A stretch of DNA of 64,000 nucleotides from an uncultured virus (IMG/VR IMGVR_UViG_3300017971_000213) (Duplodnaviria > Heunggongvirae > Uroviricota > Caudoviricetes): positions 62,001-126,000 of the IMG/VR virus record IMGVR_UViG_3300017971_000213; one strand, written 5' to 3'. A program made the translations under genes and the position numbers. The notes below the pieces were generated by a model. The model was not told the origin of the DNA. It saw nothing but the letters and a program-made list of their open reading frames with translations, and ran no database searches. Positions 1 through 9,167 of the stretch are shown here, piece by piece; the stretch's first letter is position 1, and every line of letters begins with the position of its first letter.

Positions 1-1834
1 TGCCCTCGGCGGCTTCCCTACGAACCAGAGAAGCGCGACGAGAGGTACGTCGCATATCAGTCGCCTCGGCAGATCCCCTCACAGCAACCGGAGCGAGGTT
101 CCTGAGGTCCTCCTCCGCGTCCTTGAGGTACGAGGCGTCCTTGGCCATCAGGTCGGCGGCTTTCTCCAAGAGAGCCTCCACGAACCTGTCATGACCTTCT
201 GCGGTAATCAGCTCCGTCAGATCGACGGCGGCGGAAACGTCCATACCCGAATAGACGTCACCGTTGGCGAACTCGATGTCACCGGACTCCGCCGACAGGA
301 CGTCGACGGCGGCAACCTTGATCGGGTGCTCCTCATGGTTGAGGCGCATCCGCGACGACGCCACCCGGACCGCACGAGCGAACTTCCGGACGAAGTCCTC
401 CTTGGCCTCAGCGACAGCCTTCTTCGTCCGCTCGTCGTAGAGCTTCTTGAAGTTGGCGTGCGCCGAACGAATCACGTCATCTCCGCCCGAGAGAACATCA
501 CCTTCGGAACCGTTGTGCTGCTCCTGGGCGTTGGTGTCGGCGTCGGAAGTGGAGTCCATGGACGGCTTGGAGGGCTTCTTCTCCTCGATGACGTTCTCGG
601 CTTCGTCGAGGATGTCCTTGGTCTCGCCCTCAGCCTTCTTGCGAGCTTCGAAAGTAAGGCGCGCTCGCCGCAGGACAGCCCTGCGCTCACCGCTCAGGGT
701 GCGCGGGGTCACCTTGTCGGGCTTCTCCCTGGTATCAACCTCGCCACCGGGAAGCGCCGAGTCCGGATCGGAGTCGTCGTACTCCTGACGGTTGACGTCC
801 TCGGCGTCCGCGAGGATGCCCTGATTCTTCGGCTCGACTTCCTCGGCGCTGTTCAGCTCGATGTCATCGTCGACACCGGCAGCCCGCAGCATCTTCGCGT
901 TACAGAACTCAGCGGCCTTGCTAAACCCCTGGTAAACAGCGAGCCCGTACACACGGTTGGCCAAACGCCGAAGAGCTTCGGGGTCGTTGCGATACTTGTC
1001 AGCAGGAACTGCGTGGAAGATCGCGCCATGATCCTCGTGATGCGCGACCAGCGTACGGCTTCGGGTGATGGCGATCTTGATCTTCTTCGCCCTGGCAGGC
1101 ATCGTAGTGTCCTCGTGAGCCATCGAACCCTCCCCGGCATCCGAGATGCCCATCTCCTCCGCTGAAGGAGAAGTGCCGGCTTCCTCTGCGCGCTCCTGAA
1201 GCTCCTGGATGTCTCCGTGCTCCTGCTCCTGCGCACGCCGCAACGTGGCCTCGCGCTCCTTGGAGAGGTCCGGCTTGTCGTCCTTCTTTTCCTCGGGCTT
1301 GTCGTCCTTCTTTTCCTCGGGCTTGTCGTCCTTCTTGGGAGGCTTCTCCTCGCCGGACTCGTCCTTCTTGGGAGGCTTCTCCTCGTCGGGCTTTCCACCC
1401 ATCGAGGGCACCGGCTTGTCGTCGAGCTTGACCTCGATGGGATCGCCGCCACCCATCTCCTTGACCTTCTCCGTGATCGGAGACGAGGGACCATCGGTAG
1501 CCTTCTCCTTGACGTCCGCCAGCTCGTCTTCCAGAATCTCGGCCTCCTCAGCCCTCTCGATCTCTTCCTTGATGATTCCCTCGGTCTTCAGGAAGTCGAC
1601 GATCACGTTGTACGCCGCGTCGGCATCGGGAGCCTTCTCCAGCTCCATGAGAACCTTCTCGAACCCCGGAGGGGCGGACATGGCCGTCCGGTTCAATACC
1701 GACTTACGAACGAGATCCATGGTCTCGGATTCGATGCGCTCCTGGTCTGATGCCGAGAGGTTGATCGTGCCCTTGGCGTGAAGATCCGCCACGGTCTTGA
1801 AGAGCTTGAATCGTTCGGTAAACGGCATTGTCAT
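1..1834 (-). CDS. Long acidic head scaffolding-like protein, runs off the left edge (not in ORF track)
   Basis: ATG at 1834 preceded by GAGAGG; frame open to position 1 (MTMPFTERFKLFKTVADL...). Very E/D/K-rich with KDDKPEEK repeats; directly downstream of the prohead protease. Confidence 0.65.
   Translation of the reverse strand, partial: MTMPFTERFKLFKTVADLHAKGTINLSASDQERIESETMDLVRKSVLNRTAMSAPPGFEKVLMELEKAPDADAAYNVIVDFLKTEGIIKEEIERAEEAEILEDELADVKEKATDGPSSPITEKVKEMGGGDPIEVKLDDKPVPSMGGKPDEEKPPKKDESGEEKPPKKDDKPEEKKDDKPEEKKDDKPDLSKEREATLRRAQEQEHGDIQELQERAEEAGTSPSAEEMGISDAGEGSMAHEDTTMPARAKKIKIAITRSRTLVAHHEDHGAIFHAVPADKYRNDPEALRRLANRVYGLAVYQGFSKAAEFCNAKMLRAAGVDDDIELNSAEEVEPKNQGILADAEDVNRQEYDDSDPDSALPGGEVDTREKPDKVTPRTLSGERRAVLRRARLTFEARKKAEGETKDILDEAENVIEEKKPSKPSMDSTSDADTNAQEQHNGSEGDVLSGGDDVIRSAHANFKKLYDERTKKAVAEAKEDFVRKFARAVRVASSRMRLNHEEHPIKVAAVDVLSAESGDIEFANGDVYSGMDVSAAVDLTELITAEGHDRFVEALLEKAADLMAKDASYLKDAEEDLRNLAPVAVRGSAEATDMRRTSRRASLVRREAAEG
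1273..1385. repeat. Tandem coding repeats (24-nt unit, KDDKPEEK; also EEKPPKKD x2)
   Basis: gcttgtcgtccttcttttcctcgg about 2.7 copies; gtccttcttgggaggcttctcctcg 2 copies. Confidence 0.9.
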
Positions 1835-1844
1835 CAGACCTCTC

Positions 1845-2762
1845 CTAACGTCCCGCCAAAGCTGAGTTAATCAGCCCAGCCAGGGACTCCGGGATCTTAC
1901 TGGCGTTCTTCGCAACGTAGGTGGTGATCTCACGCACCTGATCTTCTGTCAAGGAATGAGCCTGCGGGTCCGTGGCAGCCACCCGAAGGATACCCTCCTG
2001 GATCTCAGCAGATTTATCAGCGGGATCGTCAACCGCGCTCAGCTCCGCGAAGATAGTACCCCCGCACCACTCGAAGGCGCGACGTTCACCGCCGCCATCG
2101 ACGGGATACGCGATCCGGGAATGCTTACCCCGGACGTGATCGCAGAACTGGAGAGTCGTCGAGGCTACCTTACCGCACACCGAGCACTCGGTGTTCTCGA
2201 CGTCGCAACCCATGCTGAAACGATCAACAGCGCCACCCTTGTAGGCCTCCGCGAGATGCGGGTCCTTGGTCATGTCGGCAGCGATCAGAACTTCGACAAA
2301 CTCATCGTTGACCACATCCTTGCCGGTGGCCTCGAAGACTGCCGTCTTGACCGCGTCCGTGGCAGCGTTCTGATCGTTGAAGTGCGAGTCGATGAGGACT
2401 CCGCGCGACAGTGCGTAGTTGCTGGCGTTGTGGTTGACGAAGTGGGGTTTCAGCTGGAAGGTGGAGTAGACGCGGCGGCCGATAGGGGGATCGAACCGAA
2501 GAAGTTCCTCTCTCCGGAACGCATCCATGTTCTCGTTCGGACGATCCGCGCTACAAGCCCTGCACGGTATGAGCAAGTAGTCACGCGGGTCGCGAGAAAT
2601 CTTGAAAGTGTCCGCAACCGTGTCCAGGATGGCCTCGAAGTTGAGACCGTACCCGTCGTCCATGTAGACGGAGGAGAACTTGCCCGAAGCAACCTTATTC
2701 CACGCCCCGCCCAGAGGCTGAACGCCCAGAACTTGCGCCGCAGCTGTTTTCTTGAAGCTCAT
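1845..2762 (-). CDS. Prohead (capsid maturation) protease with Zn-finger
   Basis: KPHFVNH (His), RFSMGC (Ser), CSVCG...FCDH and ELSAVDDPAD motifs; likely start MSFKKTA downstream of the promoter motif; lies between portal/MuF and scaffold. Confidence 0.75.
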   Translation of the reverse strand: MSFKKTAAAQVLGVQPLGGAWNKVASGKFSSVYMDDGYGLNFEAILDTVADTFKISRDPRDYLLIPCRACSADRPNENMDAFRREELLRFDPPIGRRVYSTFQLKPHFVNHNASNYALSRGVLIDSHFNDQNAATDAVKTAVFEATGKDVVNDEFVEVLIAADMTKDPHLAEAYKGGAVDRFSMGCDVENTECSVCGKVASTTLQFCDHVRGKHSRIAYPVDGGGERRAFEWCGGTIFAELSAVDDPADKSAEIQEGILRVAATDPQAHSLTEDQVREITTYVAKNASKIPESLAGLINSALAGR

Positions 2763-2851
2763 GATCTTTTCAAAACAACGAAAGCGTCGTTCATCCAAAG
2801 ATTATACGCAACTACGGTGTCGGGATTTTAAAAAAGATTTCGACTATATGA

Positions 2852-3178
2852 TCAGGTGAGATATTTCCGGATTATCGAATCAATACCGGAGGCTACATCG
2901 GCCACTCTACCATTTTCCGCTACAGACCAGAACCCTGTACTGAGCTGATCAAGCGCGTTTTCGGCCCAAGCGTAATCCTCTACCCCCGCGTGGATCGCTC
3001 GAAGTACCCTACCTTGGTCCCCCTCTCGAACCAGGTCAACCCCCGATCTGGCACAAACGGCATCAAAGGCTGCAAGGAAGGAAGCAGAACGAGAACGGCA
3101 GTAGAGTACCCCCTCGCGGTGATCATGAAACACCACCGCTACAGGAGAGTCCCCTTGGTTTACAGCGAAGAACCTCAC
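2852..3178 (-). CDS. Hypothetical protein
   Basis: 108-aa ORF, start overlaps upstream stop. Confidence 0.65.
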   Translation of the reverse strand: MRFFAVNQGDSPVAVVFHDHREGVLYCRSRSASFLAAFDAVCARSGVDLVREGDQGRVLRAIHAGVEDYAWAENALDQLSTGFWSVAENGRVADVASGIDSIIRKYLT

Positions 3179-3282
3179 TTCTTCGGAGGCTGCGGGGCCG
3201 AACCCTTCTTGTCGTCCTTGGGTACCTTAGGGGTAAAGGGCTTCCCCGTCGGTGTGGCGTCTCCGGTCTTCTTGAAACCCAT
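3175..3282 (-). CDS. Small K/P-rich protein, 35 aa (MGFKKTGDATPTGKPF...)
   Basis: GGAGG RBS and ATG at 3282; fills the gap exactly; N-terminus resembles the protease start MSFKKTA. Confidence 0.55.
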   Translation of the reverse strand: MGFKKTGDATPTGKPFTPKVPKDDKKGSAPQPPKK

Positions 3283-3291
3283 CTCTACCTC

Positions 3292-4386
3292 CTACGCGAG
3301 ACGCTCTCCCGTGCTAGCGTCCCAGAATTTACCCTCGTGACGTACTGCGGAACGTCCGCCTACATAGTACACCGTGGGGTCCCTGACGTCATCAAGAGAG
3401 ATCTTCGAGAGGTTGACCACCGGCCTTGAGAACTCCCGGAGAAACTCCACAGGACCGTTGATCCCAACGTACCCGTTGTGAACCACCAAGGTATCCTCCT
3501 CCACGAGAACAACCACCCCGTCCAGGTCCCCTTGGTACGAAGAGTCGTTCAGTGAGTAGTCAACCATGTTCACAAAGCGGATACGCTCGAAGTCGAGCTT
3601 CTCCGCGATCAACTTGATCTCCTCCACGTACTCGGCAGGAACGTTCAGCAGCTCCACACCGCCGTGCTCCAACCGCTCCACATTCAGATGTCCAAGCAAG
3701 GGACCGTAGTAGCTCGACCGGTCGATCACAGGAGCCCATGTGGACTCGCAGTAAGGATGGGGAACGTTGCCACCCGAGCACAAACGGTCCATCAGGCTGT
3801 TCACGCGATAGAAGAGCCCCTCGTGGGCCACACACAGGGGGCAACCGTCTTTCTGACAGAAGCGAACCGTGTCTACCCCCATGTTGTCGTACGCCACGAG
3901 AAGAGCCACCTGGGCAACCTTGAAGTAGTCAGAGGTAGTGGTCTTCAAGTATTCCAGTATGTAGTAGTCGTTCTCGTCCAAGACCAAGTCCACCTCTTGG
4001 AGAGGGACATCACCGGCCGCCCCGGACCTGATAGCGGAGAAACCAAACAGCCGAAACGCGTCCCGTTTAACGGCGAAGAACAGCTCCCCGTAACGGTCCT
4101 CGTGAAGGAGGTTCACCTGATCGACCACGAACTGATCGAAGTCGTCAACCGCCTCTACCAGAGCTTCCGTCGAGGGAGGGTTCTTCAGATCCTGGACCGT
4201 AACGATACCGGTCAGCTGATCAGAGAAACACTCGGTGTTGTACCCCGGCAGCTCATCCCCGGTAGAACCCCCGATGAAGAAGTCGTCGTAAGCCAGAATG
4301 GGGTCTTCCTCGGGCCACCCGTTGAAGATCTCCTCCGCCTCGACTCTGGTACGAGACCTAACCGACACCGGTCGGCAATCCGCCAC
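3292..4386 (-). CDS. Minor head morphogenesis protein (MuF-like)
   Basis: CPLCVAHEG...VPHPYCES motif typical of MuF/SPP1 gp7; immediately after the portal. Confidence 0.6.
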   Translation of the reverse strand: MADCRPVSVRSRTRVEAEEIFNGWPEEDPILAYDDFFIGGSTGDELPGYNTECFSDQLTGIVTVQDLKNPPSTEALVEAVDDFDQFVVDQVNLLHEDRYGELFFAVKRDAFRLFGFSAIRSGAAGDVPLQEVDLVLDENDYYILEYLKTTTSDYFKVAQVALLVAYDNMGVDTVRFCQKDGCPLCVAHEGLFYRVNSLMDRLCSGGNVPHPYCESTWAPVIDRSSYYGPLLGHLNVERLEHGGVELLNVPAEYVEEIKLIAEKLDFERIRFVNMVDYSLNDSSYQGDLDGVVVLVEEDTLVVHNGYVGINGPVEFLREFSRPVVNLSKISLDDVRDPTVYYVGGRSAVRHEGKFWDASTGERLA

Positions 4387-7300
4387 CGGAAGGCGACTCG
4401 ATGGTCTCCTGGAGAACTCCGCCGCCCTCAGCGCTACCAGGAGGCTGTGAAGCGTCGTTCATGCCACCAGGAGCCAGAAGACCACCCCCAGCACCTCCGG
4501 CAGGGGCTGCGCCCCCTGGAGGCTTACCTGCGGCTGCTGGAGGCTTCGCACCTGCACCAGGAGTCCCCGGAGGTTGCGCACCCTGCGGACCACCCTGCTG
4601 CTCGTACTTCTGGAGGTCAGCCTTGCCCAGGGTCTGCTTCTTCATCTCCTCGGCGCTCTTGAACTCGCGCAGGCTCTTGTCCAGCTCGTCCTGCCAGTCT
4701 ACGCCGACAGCCGACGTCACCGTGGACTTGGACAGCTTGATCCCGAAGCCTTGCTCAAGCATCTTGTACGCGTTGAGCAGATCTTGGTCCACGCTGGGGT
4801 CGAGCTTGTTCTTCCACTTGACCGTCGGCATCAGAACCAGGTTTTGCTCCTGGATCTCCTGAGCTGTGCGCTTGATTCGGTACTTGTGGTTGACCTCACT
4901 CGGAGAAGAGGTGGTCCACTCGTTGATCTCGGAGATCGGCCGGAAGTACTTGGGGTAGAGCCACATGTTCTCCAGGAACTGCCGCAGAGACAGCAACCTA
5001 CGTAGGAAAACCTGGAGACCGGACTTGGCGGAGTTGAACGAAGCGATGTTGTCGAGCGTGTAGCTGCTGGTCTCCTCCACCGTGAGACTGTACACGTAGG
5101 GGTGAGCCTCTTGATCGACCCTAACAACCTCTACCGACTTCACCGGAAGGTAAACGAACTCATCGTCCACGAAGACTTCGTGACGCTCACCCTGGCAGTC
5201 GTCGCGGTCGAACCCCTCCCGGTCGATACCGGCCCACACATCGGGAACGTCCGACCAGATGAGTTCCGCAAGAGAGCGAGCCTGCTTTCCCGCACAGGTG
5301 ATGTAATGGCACTCCTTGTGAACGTAGCCCTTCTCGTCCTCACGCTCCGGAGAAGTGTGCACGTAGCAAGAGTAGCCCAACTGGGTGAGGATCACTTCGA
5401 GCTGCCGCATCAGCTGCGTCGAGGTCGTCGTGTACACAACATCGAGGCGGTTACCTTGCTTGAAGAGATAACCGTCCCCGCGATACATCCCCTTCAAGAG
5501 TTCCCGCTTCAGCTCCAGACCCCAACCCATCACTTCCGACGAGAAGTTCTTAGAGTCGCTACCTTTCCCAGCTCGGCTCTCCAAATAGTTGCTCATCCCG
5601 GTAGCGGCTGTCGGGACGTAGACCGTGTAGGATGGGGCTTCCGATTCAGGATGCTTCAGGTTTCTCTGGATCGTACAAAGATGCCCGAGCGACTCCAAGA
5701 TTTCTGCGACATCGGCAACGTAGAAGCTCTCCTTGGCGCAGTCGACACGCCCGAACGAGAACCGCGTTACCTTGTTACCTGAGTCAGACGCGGTGAAATC
5801 CGTAGAGCCTTCCGCCGTGTAGTACCCCAGCAATCTCGCCCTGGCTAGATTCCCCGGAGTTGCCTCTACCCCGCACTCCTCGAACCCACGCGGAATCATC
5901 AACCAGTCCCCCACCCGAACCTCATCCGCGCGCAAGCGCTGGAAAGGCTCGTGCTCAGCGGGGAAAGAAGCGATGACCCTATCTCCGTGCATGTAGTCGA
6001 CCCACTCTCGGTCGCGACCACCGCGCATCGAGAGTTTGTGGTGCTGAGGTGAGAAAGAACGCCACTTCCGGCGACCTCCACTGGTCGCCTTAGCGTCCCC
6101 AAGATCCTCTCCGCACCCACAGAGACACTCATGCGGTCGAGTGAAAACAGGGAGCTTGTGGTTATCCGTAAGAGTCAGCTCTCGATCACCGTAGAGCGTG
6201 AGCTTCACCATCTCGTCGGGAGACGGGTACTTCAGGACATCCGTAACTCCACGGGGATGTCCAAACCGATCCACGACGACGTCCCCGCGCTGTATATCCT
6301 GGATCTCGCTATATGAACCGTCACTAAGACGCACAGAAGTTCCGTCGACAGAGCAGGCATAGGTGACCTCCCCCGTCATGAAGGACTTCGAGAGGCCCAG
6401 CGCGAGGAGCTTGACCTTCTCGATTACGTCGTGCTCCTTGTTGATGGTGACCGCGCGGTCGTTCGTACCCCAGGCCTCGAAGTTGATGCCGTAGTGGTAG
6501 ATCAGCCAGCTATTCCGGGTTCCAATACAATCAGTGAGGTAAGAGTGATCTCCGCTGACCGTCATGTTGACCACGGTCTGCGGCTCCTCGCATTCCACGA
6601 CCTTCACGCCACGAACCTTCACATACAGGTAGTCGTTGTCGGTCCACCACTGACGTGGAGTACGGCCCTCCACGTCCTGCAACTCGAAACCCCAGATATC
6701 ACGAGAAAGGTCCGCAGCAGCCTGACCGTATACGTGCAAGCGATATTGCGCATTACCAGGACCGAAAGTCTCTTCTGACTGCTCTCGTTCACTGAAATTG
6801 CCGTACGTCCCCCACTGAGCGAGTATCAGCTTCACCTGATTAATCAGGTTGCGAGAGCTAGACGAAACCTCAACATAGCGACCGGAACTGCCCGGCTTCT
6901 TCCAAATGCTGCTCCCATCTCCTCCGATGTACCCCTTCAGGAACTCGTACTTGAGATCAAGCGGCCACGACATGACCTCCCCGGAAAGCCTCTTCGTCCG
7001 AGCCCCAGAACCTCCGTGGAGTTCGAGCCATTCAGCAAGATCAATGCTCGCGTTCCTGCGAGCACGCACCTGGCAGTTGGAACGGTCTCCATAGAAGACC
7101 TCCGGACGGTAATCGCACAGAGCCTCCACAATGGAGCAAGCATCCCGTACCAAGGTGTCCTTTTCGTCCGCACCGAAGGAAAGCTCAAAGCCTTTCCGGA
7201 CACTGCCGTCCTCCCGCTCGTAGACCCCAACAGTATTCCCCTCCGCGACGTAGTACCCGAGCAGACGCGCCTTTTCGCGCGTCACGTTCTCGGGACGATT

Positions 7301-8752
7301 CTCCTCAAACCGGCGAGGGATCATCAAGTAGTCCCCAGGGCGCAACTGGGTCGATAGAAGCTTCTGGTAGGGGTCAAAGCCCTCCAAAAAACGGACCTTC
7401 CCCGTCTGCGTCTTCTTGGGGGCATCCGCAGGCATTTCCTGGTAGCGGTAACCTCCGGGATGCGTACCATGACCGGGGGAGAAGTTCCCTCCCGTGATGA
7501 CTTCTCCACAACCGCATGAACACGTCCGTGGCCCTCCCCACACAGGCCACTTGTGATTCGGGGTACACCGAATAGAAGGAGACCCCACCACATCGATCTC
7601 AACAAGCTGATCAGTACCTTCACGCTCCAGAGCAAGCACGCTACAAGGAGCGCCGTCCTTGTCGAGCAACTCGTCCCCGATGTCCAAGTCTCCGATGGGG
7701 CGCTGAGAACCGTCCCCGAGGGTAACAAGCGTCTCGGGGACGAAACACTGAGGATCGACCTCGGCCCTATTGAGCATCTCCAAGAGCTTCGACTCCGCCC
7801 CTGGAGCGGGAATCCACCCCGTGGCGGGATCACCGAGCTTGAGCACCTTGACCGGCGCCGCATGACGCCGATACGTGGCGATGGTCGAGTTGTACACCGC
7901 GTCCTCGACCATGAAGATCCGCCACATCCTGCTCGCCAAAGAAGTCCCCCGTACCTGGTAGGGATGAAGCTTCCTGGCGATGAACGTGGTGTTCAACGGA
8001 GACAGACGGATCTTCTGCCGTGCCATGATCTTGGACACGAACTCCGCCGGCAACCTCGACCGGAACTCCCTGGCCTCGGGAGATCCGTCCGCGAGCATGC
8101 GCCGAAGCTCCTCGTCAGGCACGAAGTTGATGATCGGGTCCATGTTGACCACCGGAGCATCGACAACGTCGATGTAGTCCGGGTTGTGCATGGCGATGTA
8201 GGTCCAGATACCGAGGCTGTCATCAAAGAAGCAGTGAGGGATCGCCTCCCCCATGACCAAGTACTCTTTGATTATATATCGTAACCGATCCATGAGATGC
8301 GAGACCTGGCACATGTACTCCAGCGTGTCCCGGATCTCTCGGCTCTTCTCGTCCCCGACAGAAATGTCAAAATCGCTGACCAGCATCTCGGCATACATGT
8401 CCACGGCAGTCCCGAAGATGGGGTCCGTTTCGTGAAACAGTCGCCAGGCTCTGTTGGCCTCCTGACGAGTCTTCGGGTACTGGACTCGGTCAGGAGATTC
8501 GACTCCAGGCATGTAGGGGCGCTGCATGTGGTACATGGCGCTCCCACCACCCCCGGACGGGTACGGAGATACCCCCATCGGCATGTTGCCACCGAAGAAG
8601 CCTGCGGCCTCCCGACGGCCCGCAGAGGGGGCCAGCGTGGCGTTCTTGGGTAGAACGCTCGCCGCTAGCTCCCTGCGACCGTAAGAGGGGTCTGAAGAGA
8701 CGATGCGGGGCTTGAAGACTTCCCCACGACGGGTCGGAACGAAATTAGCCAT
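4358..8752 (-). CDS. Portal protein precursor with two inteins (about 611 aa after splicing)
   Basis: Extein motifs (DPIFGTAVDMY, GEAIPH, GTSLASR), Pro/Gly-rich C-terminal tail and position in the head module; two Hint plus LAGLIDADG insertions. Confidence 0.75.
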   Translation of the reverse strand: MANFVPTRRGEVFKPRIVSSDPSYGRRELAASVLPKNATLAPSAGRREAAGFFGGNMPMGVSPYPSGGGGSAMYHMQRPYMPGVESPDRVQYPKTRQEANRAWRLFHETDPIFGTAVDMYAEMLVSDFDISVGDEKSREIRDTLEYMCQVSHLMDRLRYIIKEYLVMGEAIPHCFFDDSLGIWTYIAMHNPDYIDVVDAPVVNMDPIINFVPDEELRRMLADGSPEAREFRSRLPAEFVSKIMARQKIRLSPLNTTFIARKLHPYQVRGTSLASRMWRIFMVEDAVYNSTIATYRRHAAPVKVLKLGDPATGWIPAPGAESKLLEMLNRAEVDPQCFVPETLVTLGDGSQRPIGDLDIGDELLDKDGAPCSVLALEREGTDQLVEIDVVGSPSIRCTPNHKWPVWGGPRTCSCGCGEVITGGNFSPGHGTHPGGYRYQEMPADAPKKTQTGKVRFLEGFDPYQKLLSTQLRPGDYLMIPRRFEENRPENVTREKARLLGYYVAEGNTVGVYEREDGSVRKGFELSFGADEKDTLVRDACSIVEALCDYRPEVFYGDRSNCQVRARRNASIDLAEWLELHGGSGARTKRLSGEVMSWPLDLKYEFLKGYIGGDGSSIWKKPGSSGRYVEVSSSSRNLINQVKLILAQWGTYGNFSEREQSEETFGPGNAQYRLHVYGQAAADLSRDIWGFELQDVEGRTPRQWWTDNDYLYVKVRGVKVVECEEPQTVVNMTVSGDHSYLTDCIGTRNSWLIYHYGINFEAWGTNDRAVTINKEHDVIEKVKLLALGLSKSFMTGEVTYACSVDGTSVRLSDGSYSEIQDIQRGDVVVDRFGHPRGVTDVLKYPSPDEMVKLTLYGDRELTLTDNHKLPVFTRPHECLCGCGEDLGDAKATSGGRRKWRSFSPQHHKLSMRGGRDREWVDYMHGDRVIASFPAEHEPFQRLRADEVRVGDWLMIPRGFEECGVEATPGNLARARLLGYYTAEGSTDFTASDSGNKVTRFSFGRVDCAKESFYVADVAEILESLGHLCTIQRNLKHPESEAPSYTVYVPTAATGMSNYLESRAGKGSDSKNFSSEVMGWGLELKRELLKGMYRGDGYLFKQGNRLDVVYTTTSTQLMRQLEVILTQLGYSCYVHTSPEREDEKGYVHKECHYITCAGKQARSLAELIWSDVPDVWAGIDREGFDRDDCQGERHEVFVDDEFVYLPVKSVEVVRVDQEAHPYVYSLTVEETSSYTLDNIASFNSAKSGLQVFLRRLLSLRQFLENMWLYPKYFRPISEINEWTTSSPSEVNHKYRIKRTAQEIQEQNLVLMPTVKWKNKLDPSVDQDLLNAYKMLEQGFGIKLSKSTVTSAVGVDWQDELDKSLREFKSAEEMKKQTLGKADLQKYEQQGGPQGAQPPGTPGAGAKPPAAAGKPPGGAAPAGGAGGGLLAPGGMNDASQPPGSAEGGGVLQETIESPSGGGLPTGVG
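5033..6355 (-). mobile_element. Intein 2 with LAGLIDADG homing endonuclease (441 aa)
   Basis: Starts CSVDGTSVRL; block B TDNH; LLGYYTAEG and LLKGMYRGDG; ends ASFN followed by Ser. Confidence 0.92.
6512..7747 (-). mobile_element. Intein 1 with LAGLIDADG homing endonuclease (412 aa)
   Basis: Starts CFVPETLVTL; block B TPNH; LLGYYVAEG and FLKGYIGGDG; ends GTRN followed by Ser. Confidence 0.92.
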
Positions 8753-9101
8753 TTTCCTTCACGTAGCTCTCTCCCTGCGGAGGTACGACCACGAGGCGCT
8801 CCACGTCGACTTGGTTGTCAGGCGACAGGTTCAGCTCCCGCAGGATCTGCTGCTGGACCTTCACCGAGTCGTCCCTCGCGCTCATGACGTTGGTCTGCGC
8901 CGTACGCATGGCATCCTGGGCCGAGCGGAACCGAGTCTCGGCCTCAGTGATGGTCATGTACGCCAACCGAACCTCCGCACGATGGGCGCGGTTGAGCTTC
9001 ACGACGGCCCTACGAGGAGAGACCGGCTCCTCAGTGGTGGGATTCTCGTCGTTGGGCTTGTCTTCGACAGGGGTGAGGTCGGGCTTCTTCTTGTCAGACA
9101 T
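8745..9101 (-). CDS. Hypothetical coiled-coil protein
   Basis: 118-aa ORF with AAGGAG RBS, overlapping the portal start. Confidence 0.7.
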   Translation of the reverse strand: MSDKKKPDLTPVEDKPNDENPTTEEPVSPRRAVVKLNRAHRAEVRLAYMTITEAETRFRSAQDAMRTAQTNVMSARDDSVKVQQQILRELNLSPDNQVDVERLVVVPPQGESYVKENG

Positions 9102-9167
9102 GGCGTTCTCCTTGGGTAAAGTGTTCTACTCCCTAATATACAAGAACACCTTCCCGATCTACCCCTA

